A DNA stretch of 64,000 nt from an uncultured Actinomycetes bacterium. GTDB lineage: Bacteria; Actinomycetota; Coriobacteriia; Anaerosomatales; PHET01. Made by a program: the position numbers and the translations under genes. Of the stretch, positions 35,078-46,248 are shown in pieces. Below the pieces are notes generated by a model that saw only the letters and a program-made list of their open reading frames with translations, had not been told where the DNA came from and ran no database searches. The stretch lies in NCBI GenBank assembly GCA_963770765.1, contig CAVYQS010000012.1:254173-318172 (forward strand), written 5' to 3'. Numbering within the stretch: the first letter of the stretch is position 1; each line of letters begins with the position of its first letter.

Positions 35078-38000
35078 CTAGTACCACGACGAATACGTCG
35101 CTCCGTCGGATCCGATGGTCGCGTAACCTTCTGTGCTGCTCCACGGATCGTCGGCGCCCCACATCTCCCACTCGGGGTCGTACCATTCGGTGTACCAGCG
35201 ATAGGGAGCTGCGCTGACGGGCACGCTCACGGTGTACCAGCCATACCAGCCGGGGATCGTGTCGGCATCCGCGTGGGCGACAAGTTGCCCCAGCCCGTCG
35301 TAGATCCAGTACTCGGCCCAGGCACCGTCCGGTGCGTTCCACATGAGGGTGATGGTGCCGGTGCCCACGGGTGCGTTGGCCGCGACCGTGAAGCTGGCGG
35401 TCTTGTGCGGCAGTTCGATGTTGCCGGCGACATCGATGGACCAGAACTCGATCGTGTGCGGCTACCGAACCGCTCGAGGGCGCCGGCACGCTGATCGTCG
35501 TGCCCGCCTGCTGTGCGCCGCCGTCGAGGCGGTAGTACGTGGTGGCCACGCCGGAGCCTCCGGTGTCGGTCGGCGTCAGCTGGATGGTGGCGGCGCCGAT
35601 GTACGAGACCTGGACGTCCGATCCCGTGCTCGGCGCTGTGCTGTCCGGCGCCCCGGCGACGGTGAAGTCGACCGTAGTGTGCGGTGTCTCCTCGTTCCCG
35701 CTTGCATCGACCGACCAGAACTCGACGGTGTGCGCAACGACCGAGCCGTAGGGACCGCTCGGGATGGTGACCGTGGTGCCGGTCTGCTCGGGGCCGCCGT
35801 CGACCCTGTACTTCGTGGCGGCGACGCCGGAACCGCCCTCATCGGTCGGGAACAACGGTGATCACGGCGGTACCGACGTAGGAGGTCTGCGCGTTCGATG
35901 TGGTCACCGGTGGGATGTGCTCCGGCTCGGAGACGGTGAACATCGCCTTCTTGTGTGGTGTCTCGGTGTTGCCGCGATTGTCGAGAGACCAGTACTCGAT
36001 CGTATGGGTCTCGGTCCCGGTGTCAGGTCCGATCACCGTGATGGTCGTGCCCTGCTGCAAGGGGCCACCGTCGACCTGGTAGTAGGTCGTCTTCACGCCC
36101 CAGCCGCCCGGCGGGATGTTGTCAGCCGACGGCGGGTCGTACGGGGTGAGGGTGATGACGGCGACGGCGGCATACGACGCCTGGACATCCGATGTCGTGG
36201 TCGGCGGAGTGCGGTCGTAGATGATCCCGTGGCAGTCGATGCAGTTGGAGAGCCCTGGGTCAGGATCATGGCACGGCCAGCAGTTCTCGCCGTCGTTGTG
36301 ATAGTCGTGCCCCCAGAACTCCTGGTCGGGGTGCAGCGGTGCCGCGTGGCAGCCGGACTGCTCGCACGTCTGGTTCCAAGCACCCATCGAGCCGACAGGC
36401 TCGGCGTGGCATGTCGCACAGTCGTCGCCGTGGATCGTCACGATGTTCGTGATGCTGTGGCACGCGTCGCACGTGACCGAGCTTGTGTGGTCAGCCTCCG
36501 GATGCAGGTTGCCCGTGTGGCAGGCACCGTCGACACCGCAGCTCCTTGTCACCGGTCGTGCGCCCTGCACAGCGAAGTCGTGACAACCCGTCAGGGAGCA
36601 ACCGGCGGCGGCGTCCTTGTGAAGCGCGTGGAGATCGGCTGTCGGATGACAGCCCGCACTGACACAGCTCAACCCCGAAATCTGGCCGATTCCCGTAGCC
36701 TCGATGCTCGGAGCGATTGCGGCATGCTGCTCAAGACCCGGCAGTACGCCGGTCGCGTGACAGGCCGAACAGCTCCTGTCGGTCCATCCGGCCTTCACCA
36801 CCGCCGAGACCGATTCACTGGCGTTGTGACACTCGCCACACGTCGTGTCCCCGTACGGTGCAGCCAAGCCCTTGATGCTGGCCGTAGAGCTGTCCCATGC
36901 CAGTCGGTGAGCCTGCGGCATGGCAGTCCACGCACGTGGCGCTCGCGGTGCCGCCCGCGCTCACCTGCGTCGCTCGTGGCCGATGCTTCGTGCGAAGTCT
37001 CGTCGTAGTGTCCATTCGGCACGGCGGAGACCAGAGCTACGACGTCGGGGGCGCCCGCGTAGTTGGAGTCGTGGCAACTGGCGCACGTGGAATCGCCGTC
37101 ATACGTAGCCGCGAACGCCGCCTTGCTGGCGCTCGTATGACACGCCCCGGTCGTGCAGCCTGAGTTCGGGTGGTACATCGTGAAGTCCCCGTTAGTGAGC
37201 TCGGAGCCGTGACACCCAGCACCCGAGTTCGTGCAACCTGTGCTCGATGCGGCGTCGAAATCACTCGGTGCGAACACGTGAGCTGTCCCGGAGTGCGGGA
37301 TTGCACCGCCTAGACCATCGAACTTGTCGCCGTGGCAGCTGGAGCAGTCGGCTGACTTGCTCCACACATCCACCGACGCATGGCACGTGTCGCATGAGGC
37401 GTTCTGGTTCGAGCCCGCGTGGGGGATGTGGCAGCCGCCACAAACCGTGGGAAGTCCTGACGCCGTGGATCTAGGCAGCGTCGCGGAATGACACCCGATG
37501 CAGACATCACTGGCCTCCGAGGGTGTGTGGAGGACATCTCGTCCTGGTGCGGTACGGGCTCGCCCAACGGGACGTGGCGTGGTAGCCCGGATGACACGAC
37601 ATGCAACTCGCCGTTGCCGCTGACCAGTCGATGCGATCGGCATCATCGTTGTCGTGGCACAGAGCGCAGGTGGATGGGTACTGCGAGAACTTCGCCGCCG
37701 GAGCCGACGAATTCGGCGTGCACGTCGGTAAGCAGCCTCGAAGTTGCGTGGCAACCCGATCCGAAGCACATCGGAGCCGCTGCGGTGTGCTGTTCTTCGC
37801 TTGCGGCACCCGACCCCGGGTTGTGAACGTTTGAGCCGCCCTGTGCGTAGCTGCTGCCGTGACACACATAGCAGCTTTGCGCCGTCTGCCTCTCGATGGC
37901 CCGAAATCGCGGGAAGCCTCAAGGCGGTCGACGTCGCATCGCGCGACAGACCGACGACAAGGTCACCTGCGACGGACTCGAAGACTGCATCGACACTGTC

Positions 38001-39377
38001 CCAGCCGAGACCGGTGTCGCCCGTGGTGTGACATGAGAAGCAGAATCGACGCACCGACATCGCGTCGCCCGTGTTCAGTTCCCTCCCGAGACTGTCGCGA
38101 AGGAGCGACTTGTTCTCGCGAGTCGAGCCGTGAGGTCCGTGGCATTCGTAACAGGGCAGCGGAGACCCCACGGGGAGCAGACCGCCGGCCGTCCGAATGC
38201 GGTGTCCGGAGTTCTGGCCGCCCGCCGTGACGAACTGCTTGATGTTGACGGTGTCTGTCGGCAATCCGCTGGGCACGACGCCGCCGTGGCAGCGGAAGCA
38301 CGCGTCCGCGTAGGTGCCGGACGCCTGGTCCGATGCCAGCGTGGAGGCCGAAGGAGGTCGATACGTGCCGAGCAGACCGTCGTAGGCGTTCTCGCTACCG
38401 TGCGCGGAGTGGCAGTACAGGCAGTCGCCCTGATCGCGACGAACAGCGCCGGTCTCAACGGTCTGCGTGGTCTCGGGAATCAGACGATGAGCGTTCGCGG
38501 TCGACTCGTAGGAGGCCTCGCCCGGCCAGGTACCGGCGACGGGATAGCCGAACTCGTCCCTCTCGGAGGACTCTGCGGATAGTCCCCGCCGTTCTGAGCC
38601 ATGGCAGGCGTAGCACCAGGTCTTTCCGGATGCGGAGACGGTCACTCCGTTGACCTTGGCCCGCGGAATCATCGGGAACTCATCCGCATCGCGATGGTTC
38701 CCGTGGCAACTTGAGCAGGTGTTGGTCAGATCAGCGGCGACCGTGGTCGTACCTTCAACAACATGCCCGCTGGGCTGAGAGAACCCCTTCGGTCCGGTGG
38801 CGATGTTTCCCGCGCCTGCGAGATTGCCGTCGTGGCACGTGTAGCAGATGGCGACGGCCGGAGGGGTCTCTGTGGGAGCCTCAGACCGCTGCAGCAGCGA
38901 ACTCGTCGCGGCGTGGGCGGAGTGGCACTTGAAGCACGTCGAGGACGCGGTCGAGACTCCCTGGTGGGGTGATTCCGACCAGAGCGAGGACACGGGACCA
39001 GCAACATCCGAGTAGTCCGACTCGATCGCCCTCCGGATCGACAGCCGTCACCTTGAAGAAGTACGGCAATCCGGCCAGCCCATCCGTGAAGTCGAAGGTG
39101 ACGCCGGTGGACTCCCCCACCATCTGGAATGGCGTGGACATCGAACTGGAGGCATAGACGCGATACGAGGCGACCTCCCCCTCGGCCGGAGGCTCCCAAC
39201 TGAGGCTCGCGAGCACCGGCTTCTCTGCTCCAGGAGTCGCAACCAGGCCGACCGGGGAGTCTCGCCCCGAAACGCCAGGGCGATCACGGGAACCAAAACG
39301 ACGCCGGCCGTCAGAAGCGCTAACAGGACGACGGTTCGGAAGGGTCTGCTGAACGCATCCAGTGCCCGACCCAGCAA
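35078..39377 (-). pseudogene. Giant multihaem c-type cytochrome (signal anchor - FN3 - at least 23 CXXCH plus 7 CX4-6CH - 3 Ig-like repeats - W/Y-rich C-terminal domain), interrupted by about 9 frameshifts as read
   Basis: One gene is reconstructed from 10 collinear pieces in the ORF track. The pieces are: 39377..~39260 (TTG start after AGGTGG; MLGRALDAFSRPFRTVVLLALLTAGVVLVPVIALAF); ~39258..39028 (FN3-like SWEPPAEGEVASYRVYASS...YFFKVTAVDPEG); ~39027..~37900; ~37873..37694; ~37692..~37560; ~37560..~36966; ~36964..~36912; ~36910..35857; 35855..~35460; and ~35458..35078. Protein-like sequence and haem motifs continue across each junction while the abandoned frame turns Arg-rich. The span is 4300 nt = 1431 codons + 7, which fits eight +1-nt events and one -1-nt event. 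Confidence 0.75.
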
Positions 39378-39589
39378 TCCGCACCCACCTGGTAATTGGA
39401 GTTGATCTCGCCATGACTACGTTGCGGATGGAACGACAACAAAGGGCAACCTCACAGGGCGCTCGGCCCGGCGAGTTTGCCGTTCAGCATATTTTAGCAC
39501 CGTGGGGGGTCCGCGAACACTCCGCGATCGTCAGATACACACAAACTCAACAACCGTCAGAACTCCGTTCAGGAGCGAAATCGCCGGGC

Positions 39590-40232
39590 CTAGGCCCGCG
39601 GCCAGAAGGGGTTCACTCTGGACTCGCGCCCGATGGTCGTCTCGGGACCGTGCCCGGGGTGGACCACGGTGTCCGGCGGCAAGGCGACGATCTTCTCGGC
39701 GAGTGACGATGCCAGCTGTCGCCCGTCACCTCCGGGGAAGTCGCTGCGACCTACGCTTCCGGCGAACAGCGTGTCTCCCGAGAACAGGTGCGCCGGCGCA
39801 TCCGGGCGGTCGGTGGCAAGCACGCAGATGCCCCCGGGCGTGTGTCCCGGAGTGTGCAGCACATGAAGCTCCACTCGGCCCGCGGCGAGCCTATCGCCGT
39901 CCGCAAGAAGCCGGTCGGCCGGCGGCGACACGTGGTTCTCGAACCCGAACAGCGCCCCGCCTGTGCCCGCGGCGGTCGTGATCGACTGCGGCGTCGGCTT
40001 CGTGGATCGCGATCGGCGCCGGTGCGGCGGCGACCAGATCCCCGACGGCCCCGACGTGGTCGAAGTGCCCGTGCGTGAGGACGACCATCGAGAGCTCGCG
40101 ATCACCGAGCGTCGCGATGATGGCCTGCGCATCGTCGCCCGGGTCGATGACGATGGCCGGACCACCCTCGTCATCGGAGACGATCCAGCAGTTCGTGTCG
40201 AGCGGCCCGACCGTCACGCGATCGATGCGCAT
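39590..40232 (-). CDS. MBL-fold metallo-hydrolase (glyoxalase II-like); one frameshift near 39986 as read
   Basis: ORF 39891..40232 (MRIDRVTVGPLDTNCWIVSD...VLTHGHFDHVGAV...IAIHEADAA) continues in ORF 39590..40174 (...ITTAAGTGGALFGFENHV...VLHTPGHTPGGICV...LFSGDTLFAGSVGRSDFPGG...VHPGHGPETTIG). The span is 643 nt = 3n+1. Confidence 0.85.
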
Positions 40233-42446
40233 CTAGTGATCGCCCTTCTTCTTGGTCGTCGCTTCGCCCGGCAGCATTCGTCGCGCCTCGAACACCCCTT
40301 CGACCTGACGTACGTCACGCAGCAGCGCGTCGAGCCGGTTCATCTCTCCGATCTCGAAAAGGAAGCGCATATCAACCAGACCGTCCTTGTGAGTGACGGT
40401 CGACGACGACAGGATGTTGACGCCCGACTCGGCGATGGCAAGAGTGACCTCCTGGAGCAATCGCAGGCGGTCGAGCGCTTCCACGAAGATCTCCACCTGA
40501 TACGTCGCCTTGCTCCCGCTGTCCCACTCCACCTCGATGATCCGCTCCGGCGACGAGAGAAGCTCCGTGGCGTTCGGGCAGCTCGTGCGGTGGACACTCA
40601 CTCCCCTGCCTCGTGTGACGAAGCCGATGATGTCATCGCCGGGGACTGGATTGCAGCAGCGGGCCAGACGGATCAGCACATCGTCGATGCCCTTCACGAG
40701 GACACCTCCGCCGGGCCGCCGCCGGGCACGCTTGGGGGGCGTCATCGGCTGCGACAGCGGCAGCCCCTCGGGCTTGGGCGGAGCGACCTCCTCGCCGTCC
40801 TTGCTCATGAGCTTGAGAAGCCTGGTGCCCACGAGTTTGGCCGAGAGTTTGCCGCCTCCGATCTGAGCGAACAGGTCCTCACCCTTCGCGTAGTTCATCT
40901 CGGTGGCGACGGCGTCGAGCGCCTTCTCGGCGGACTTGCTGCCGATGCCCAGCCCGTGCTTGCGCATGACCTTGGCCAGTTCGTCACGCCCGCGCTGCAG
41001 GTCGTCTTCCCTGTTCGCCTTGGAGAAGTAGTTGCGTATCTTCGAGCGTGCCGACGAGGTCTTGACGATGTTGAGCCAGTCGCGGCTGGGGCTCGCGTTC
41101 TTGTTCGTGAGGACGTCGACCCGGTCACCCATCTGAAGTTCGTAGCCGAGCGAGACGATCGAGCCGTTGACCTTCGCGCCGACGCACCTGTTGCCGACCT
41201 CGGTATGGATGGCGTAGGCGAAGTCGATCGGTGTCGAGCCGCGCTTGAGCGAGATCACGTCGCCTTTCGGGGTGAAGACGAAGACCTCCTCTTCGAACAG
41301 GTCGATCTTGAGGGCCTCCATGAACTCTCGGGGGTCCTTCATCTCAGTCTGCCACTCGAGCATCTGGCGGAGCCACGCCAAGCGTTCGTCGAACGTCTCG
41401 TCCCCGCGTCCGCCTTCCTTGTAGCGCCAATGGGCCGCTACTCCGTACTCGGCCGTGCGGTGCATCTCCTCGGTGCGAATCTGAATCTCGAGCGGGCGGC
41501 CGGTCGGACCGATGACGGTCGTGTGGAGCGACTGGTACATGTTGAACTTGGGCATCGCGACATAGTCTTTGAACCGGCCCGGAACCGGCTTCCAGATGCT
41601 GTGAACCGTACCGAGCGCGCCATAGACGTCCTTCACCGAGTCGACGATCACTCGCAGCGCGATGAGGTCGTAGATCTCGTTGAAGTCCTTACCTTTGCCC
41701 GCCATCTTCTGGTAGATGCTGTAGAGGTGCTTGGGCCGACCGGCGATCTCGGCTGAGATGCCTATCTGTGACAGCTCGTCTTCGAGCTGGTGGATGACCT
41801 GATCCGCGTAGGACTCCCGCTCGGTACGGCTTTCCGCGACCATGCGGCTGACCTGGTGGAACTTCACGGGCTCGAGGTAGAAGAACGCCAAGTCCTCGAG
41901 CTCCCACTTGACCTGGCTGATTCCCAGCCGGTGTGCGAGCGGTGCGTAGATCTCCATGGTCTCGCGCGCCTTGTCGATCCGGCGCTCGGGAGGCAACGCG
42001 GCAAGCGTGCGCATGTTGTGCAGCCTGTCCGCGAGCTTGATCAATATGACGCGGATGTCCTTCGCCATCGCGATGAGCATCTTGCGCAGATTGTTGCTCT
42101 GCTGCTCGGAAAGCGATTCGAACTCGATGCGGCCGAGCTTGGTCACGCCGTCGACGAGCTCGGCGACCTCGGATCCGAACGTCTCGCGCACTTCCTCGAG
42201 CGTGACCTCGGAGTCTTCGACCGTATCGTGGAGTAGCGCTGCCTTGAGCGTGGCGGTATCCAGATGCAGCTCGGCGAGGATGAGCGCGACCTCGATCGGG
42301 TGGTTCACGAACGGCTCGCCGCTCTTGCGCAGCTGTCCTGAGTGCGATCGCACAGCAAACTCGTATGCCTCATCGAGACCGGTGAGGTCGGCATCGGGGT
42401 TGTACGCTCGAACCCGGGCTTCTATCTGTTCGAGAGTCGCTGCCAT
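40233..42446 (-). CDS. relA: Bifunctional (p)ppGpp synthetase/hydrolase RelA/SpoT (Rel)
   Basis: 737 aa with an HD domain (HPIEVALIL...HDTVED), a synthetase domain, and TGS and ACT regions. Confidence 0.95.
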   Translation of the reverse strand: MAATLEQIEARVRAYNPDADLTGLDEAYEFAVRSHSGQLRKSGEPFVNHPIEVALILAELHLDTATLKAALLHDTVEDSEVTLEEVRETFGSEVAELVDGVTKLGRIEFESLSEQQSNNLRKMLIAMAKDIRVILIKLADRLHNMRTLAALPPERRIDKARETMEIYAPLAHRLGISQVKWELEDLAFFYLEPVKFHQVSRMVAESRTERESYADQVIHQLEDELSQIGISAEIAGRPKHLYSIYQKMAGKGKDFNEIYDLIALRVIVDSVKDVYGALGTVHSIWKPVPGRFKDYVAMPKFNMYQSLHTTVIGPTGRPLEIQIRTEEMHRTAEYGVAAHWRYKEGGRGDETFDERLAWLRQMLEWQTEMKDPREFMEALKIDLFEEEVFVFTPKGDVISLKRGSTPIDFAYAIHTEVGNRCVGAKVNGSIVSLGYELQMGDRVDVLTNKNASPSRDWLNIVKTSSARSKIRNYFSKANREDDLQRGRDELAKVMRKHGLGIGSKSAEKALDAVATEMNYAKGEDLFAQIGGGKLSAKLVGTRLLKLMSKDGEEVAPPKPEGLPLSQPMTPPKRARRRPGGGVLVKGIDDVLIRLARCCNPVPGDDIIGFVTRGRGVSVHRTSCPNATELLSSPERIIEVEWDSGSKATYQVEIFVEALDRLRLLQEVTLAIAESGVNILSSSTVTHKDGLVDMRFLFEIGEMNRLDALLRDVRQVEGVFEARRMLPGEATTKKKGDH

Positions 42447-42545
42447 GCGTGCCCTTCGGGAGTGGATCTTCAGTGGTCTGCGAGAAGCCTCGAAGTAGCC
42501 CTTCGCCGGTCGGTCAGCATCACGACGACCGAGGACCCAGCGCCG

Positions 42546-45500
42546 CTATCCACTAACGGGCAGTATGGGACGGTTGAAGCGGGCGAGCAACTCGTCGGCG
42601 GTCGCCGTCATGACCCACGCGCGGAACGCTTGGAACTCCTCGATCTCATCGAGTGCCTCGGCATAGCGTACGCTCGAGCTCAACTCGACCCTTTGAGCCC
42701 CTGGCACGACGGTGAGACGTCGTAAGGAGCCATGGCCCTCGCCGGTCACCAGGCCGAGTTCGCGGAAGATGCCGACCGCACTGGAGACACCGCGTTCGTC
42801 AAGCGAGAATCCTCGCATCGACTTCGCAGCCCGCTCTGCGATCTCACCGTTCGTGATCTCGAATCCCGCACCCTCGGATTCAGCGATACCGCGCAGGACA
42901 CGATAGACGAGCCGCCAGCTCGTCGCGGCTCGGGGCACCCGACGACAGTATCCTCTCGTTGATCCGCGCATCCTTGTCGCCGAACAGCAGGTGGATACGT
43001 GCGAGCGCGCCGTCCCGACCGCCCCGGCCGGACATCTGGTTGAACTCGACGTCGTTGAAGGGCAGGTGGTAGAGCACCACGTCTCGTATGTCGGGGATGT
43101 TGACACCCTCTCCGAACGCGCTCGTCGCGACCACGACGCGCACCTCTCCATTTCGGAAGGCACGCTCCACCGCATGCCGCACAGACCGCGACAGGCCGCC
43201 GTTGTAGAACGCCGTCTTCCACGCCAGCTCCGGATCTCGCTTACGCAGCATCCGTGCGATCCTGACCGACGCATCGCGCGAGTTGACGTAGACGACCATC
43301 TTGTGGCCCGACGCGGCGAGAGCCGCGACCACCGCGTCCTTGTCGGTCGTCGCCCGGCGATCCTCGATCGCCAGGTTGTCTCGGACCGTAGGGTCGAGCA
43401 CAAGTGAGTCGATGGAGAGTGTGGAGCGGATCATGCGGGCGACATCGTCCGAAGCAGTGGCGGTGACCGCCAGTACCGTCGTTTCCCCGAGCGCGGAGAT
43501 CGCCTCGCCAAGAAGCGCATATGCGGGGCGGTTTCCTGCCCGGGAGAGCCCCACGTGGTGCGCCTCGTCGACCACGACGAAACGCACTCGGCCCGCGCGG
43601 GCGAAGCGATCGCGGTGAAAGTGGAAGAACTCGGGGGTCGTCAGGACCACATCCAGCTCGGCGTCCGCAAGCGCCCCGAACGCCACATCGCGTTCGCCGT
43701 GGGAGGTCTCTCCGGTGATCGTCCGGACGACAAGACCCACGTCCGCGAACGCTTCCTCGAGGTGGAACGCTTGGTCGGCCACCAGCGCGCGCAGCGGATA
43801 GATGAACACGCTCGCGCCCCCCGCCCGGAGGGCCGTCCGCGCGGCGTGGAGGTGGAAGATGAGGGACTTCCCGCGGCCCGTCGCCATCACGGCCAGCGTG
43901 TTGTTCCCGCTCTCCAGACTCGCCAGCGCCTCCGACTGGGCCGCGTGCAAGGTTCGATCTCCTATGAAGCACTGCACGAGTTCCGCCTCGAGTAGCTCGG
44001 CGGGCAGCGAAGCGAGCTCGGCTCGCCTCCCGATGCGATGCGCGTCTGTCTCCTCGGCGGCGATGATCGCATCGCGCCGAGATACCAGCACGTTCACGCC
44101 TCGCGGCTGACCGTCGACTCCCCCGGTGATCTCGGTGACCTCGACCTCGTAGCCGATGCCGGCATCGATCGCGGGCGCAAGCGCCGCAGCGAGACGTCGG
44201 TTGAGGAACCCGACCTGAGCGCCCTTGACATCGAACAGGGCGCAGGCGTTCGCGTCGTACGGGTTGTCGGGCTCACGAACCAGTCGCAAGGGCGAACCTG
44301 GCCCGAGGTGCACCAAGACATCCTGACGACCGTCGAAGGTCACGCCCGCGAGCTTGGTGTGGAAGGATGGCGCATCGCAGATGCCGGAGTACTCCTCGCG
44401 AGCGAGCGTCTCGTCTGCGTGCGCGAACAGCTCCTCGAGCAGCTCGGCTGCGGGACCTCCCTCCCTGATCACACTGTCGCGCACATCGCGCACGACAAGC
44501 TGCGCACGTCGCCTTCCGCGCCACTCATCGACCTCGAACTCGAATGCGATGTCCACCGGCAGGTCTTGAGCGACACGCGTTTCGATGTCCGAACACCTGA
44601 AGGCGATCGCGGGTATCGATGCCGCGCCGTCATACGCGACGAACTTGAGGTGATTGCCGTCCTTGCCCACCCGGGTGCGGTCGTTCATGAACACCGAACG
44701 AACCGCGAGCAAGGGACGCGGATTGCTGTGACCGAATGGTTCGAGCGTCGCGAGTTCGGCCCCCAGCTCGATTCCCAGATCGCCGAGACCGACCTCGGCG
44801 TCGATCGAGAGCGCCACTTCGAAGCGCTCGGCGGGAAGCGTCTCCAGATGCGCCAACAAGCAGTCGCGGAACTCGTCGAGTCGACACTCGTCGACCGTCA
44901 GCCCCACCGCCGCCTCGTGACCGCCGAACCGTTCGATCACCGCTTCGCAAGCGCTCACGGCAGAGTACAGATCGACCGTACCCACCGACCGGGCGGAGCC
45001 GCGCGCCACGCCATCTTCGATCGCGAACAGGAAGGCGGGCACGCCATAGCGCTGCGTGAGCCGAGAGGCGACGATACCCTTCACTCCCTCGTGCCAGCCT
45101 TCACCGGCCAGCACCAGGGCCCTCTCACCTCGGTAGACACGCCCGGCGAGCGACTCTGCGGCGCGCGTGAGGTCCGCCTCTGCCGCCTGTCGCAGACGGT
45201 TGTGCTCGTCGAGTGAACGCGCGAGTGACTCGGCGGCCACGGGGTCGTCGGTCAGGAGAAGATCCAGGGCCGCTTGGGGGTCGGCCATACGGCCCGCCGC
45301 GTTGAGCCGTGGGGCGAGTGAGTAGGCGACCGTGTCGCTTCCGAAGGTCACCGGTGACACGGCTGCGACCGCGCACAACGCGGAGATCGATGTGCGCGGG
45401 GCGCTCCGGACTCGCTGAATGCCGTGATCGACGAGCGCGCGGTTCTCTCCTGTGAGCGGGACCACGTCGGCCACGGTGCCCAATGTCGCGAGATCGGTCA

Positions 45501-46173
45501 GGTCACGCCAGACATTCTCGAGTCCAAGAAGCCGTCCGGTCGCGTGGACCAGCTTCAGGGACACCCCTGCACCGGCGAGGTCGCGAGAGGGACACCCCGC
45601 ACTCAATTTGGGGTTAGCGACCGGCACCCCTTCCGGGACCTTACCGCCGGGTTCGTGGTGGTCGGTGATGACGACGTCGATGCCGTCTGAGCGCAGCGAC
45701 GCTACCTCGTCACGACCCGATATCCCGCAGTCGACGGTCACGACCAGCTGCGGAGATCGACCACGCACACGACCGAGCGCGGCGGGCGTGAGGCCATATC
45801 CCTCACGAAACCGATGCGGCACCATGGCTTCGACTTCTCCGCCGAGCGCACGCAGACCGCGAGTCGCGACAGCCGCAGCGCTCACGCCATCGAGATCGAA
45901 GTCGCCGAAGACCAGGATGCGTTCGTGGCCGCGTATCGCGGTGGCCACCCGTTCCGCCGCATCGTCCATCCCCGGGATGGCCGATGGGTCGCACCATTCT
46001 CGGTCCAACGAAGGCTCGAAGAACGCGCGGGCCGCCTCGGGAGTACTGACTCCCCGGGCAACGAGGATCCGCGACAGAATGGCGGAGAGGCCCATCTCGG
46101 CGGACAGGCTTGCGACCAACGTCTCGTCAGGTGAGGCAAGCCGCCATGGCGCATTACGGTGCTCAGGGTTCAT
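42546..46173 (-). CDS. recJ: RecJ exonuclease - HIRAN - RecQ-like SF2 helicase fusion protein; one frameshift near 42912 as read
   Basis: The 1097-aa ORF 42880..46173 has three parts. The first is DHH/DHHA1 RecJ (ILVFGDFDLDGVSAA, VITDHH, ...GGHEAAVG). The second is HIRAN (LRLVREPDNPYDANACALFDVKGAQVGFLNRRLAAALAPAID). The third is a helicase (AVMATGRGKSLIF, VVVDEAHHV, ...VATSAFGEGVNIPDIRDVVLYHLP...QMSGRGGRDG). The C-terminus continues in ORF 42546..43403 (...LVYRVLRGIAESEG...RPILPVSG). The span is 3628 nt = 3n+1. Confidence 0.8.
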
Positions 46174-46187
46174 CTGCAGATCCTAGC

Positions 46188-46227
46188 CGACAGGGCCGAC
46201 ACCGAGGGATCGGTGCCAGCCCTGTCG
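46188..46227 (-). terminator. Nested hairpin downstream of secF
   Basis: CGACAGGGC...GCCCTGTCG (9 bp) encloses CACCGA-ggga-TCGGTG, 22 nt after the reconstructed secF stop. There is no U-tract. Confidence 0.4.
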
Positions 46228-46248
46228 AGAGTCTCCTGTGTGGCCTCG

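Noticed and set aside
35013-38993. Treating ORFs 36795..38993, 35839..36921, 35013..35855, 35078..35368, 37643..37867, 37507..37869, 36815..37015, 38881..39414 and 39048..39377 as separate or overlapping small cytochrome genes.
   Set aside because: They are strictly collinear, and domain repeats are cut mid-repeat at each boundary. Each piece turns into Arg-rich nonsense where the next begins. The total length fits one ORF with single-nucleotide indels.
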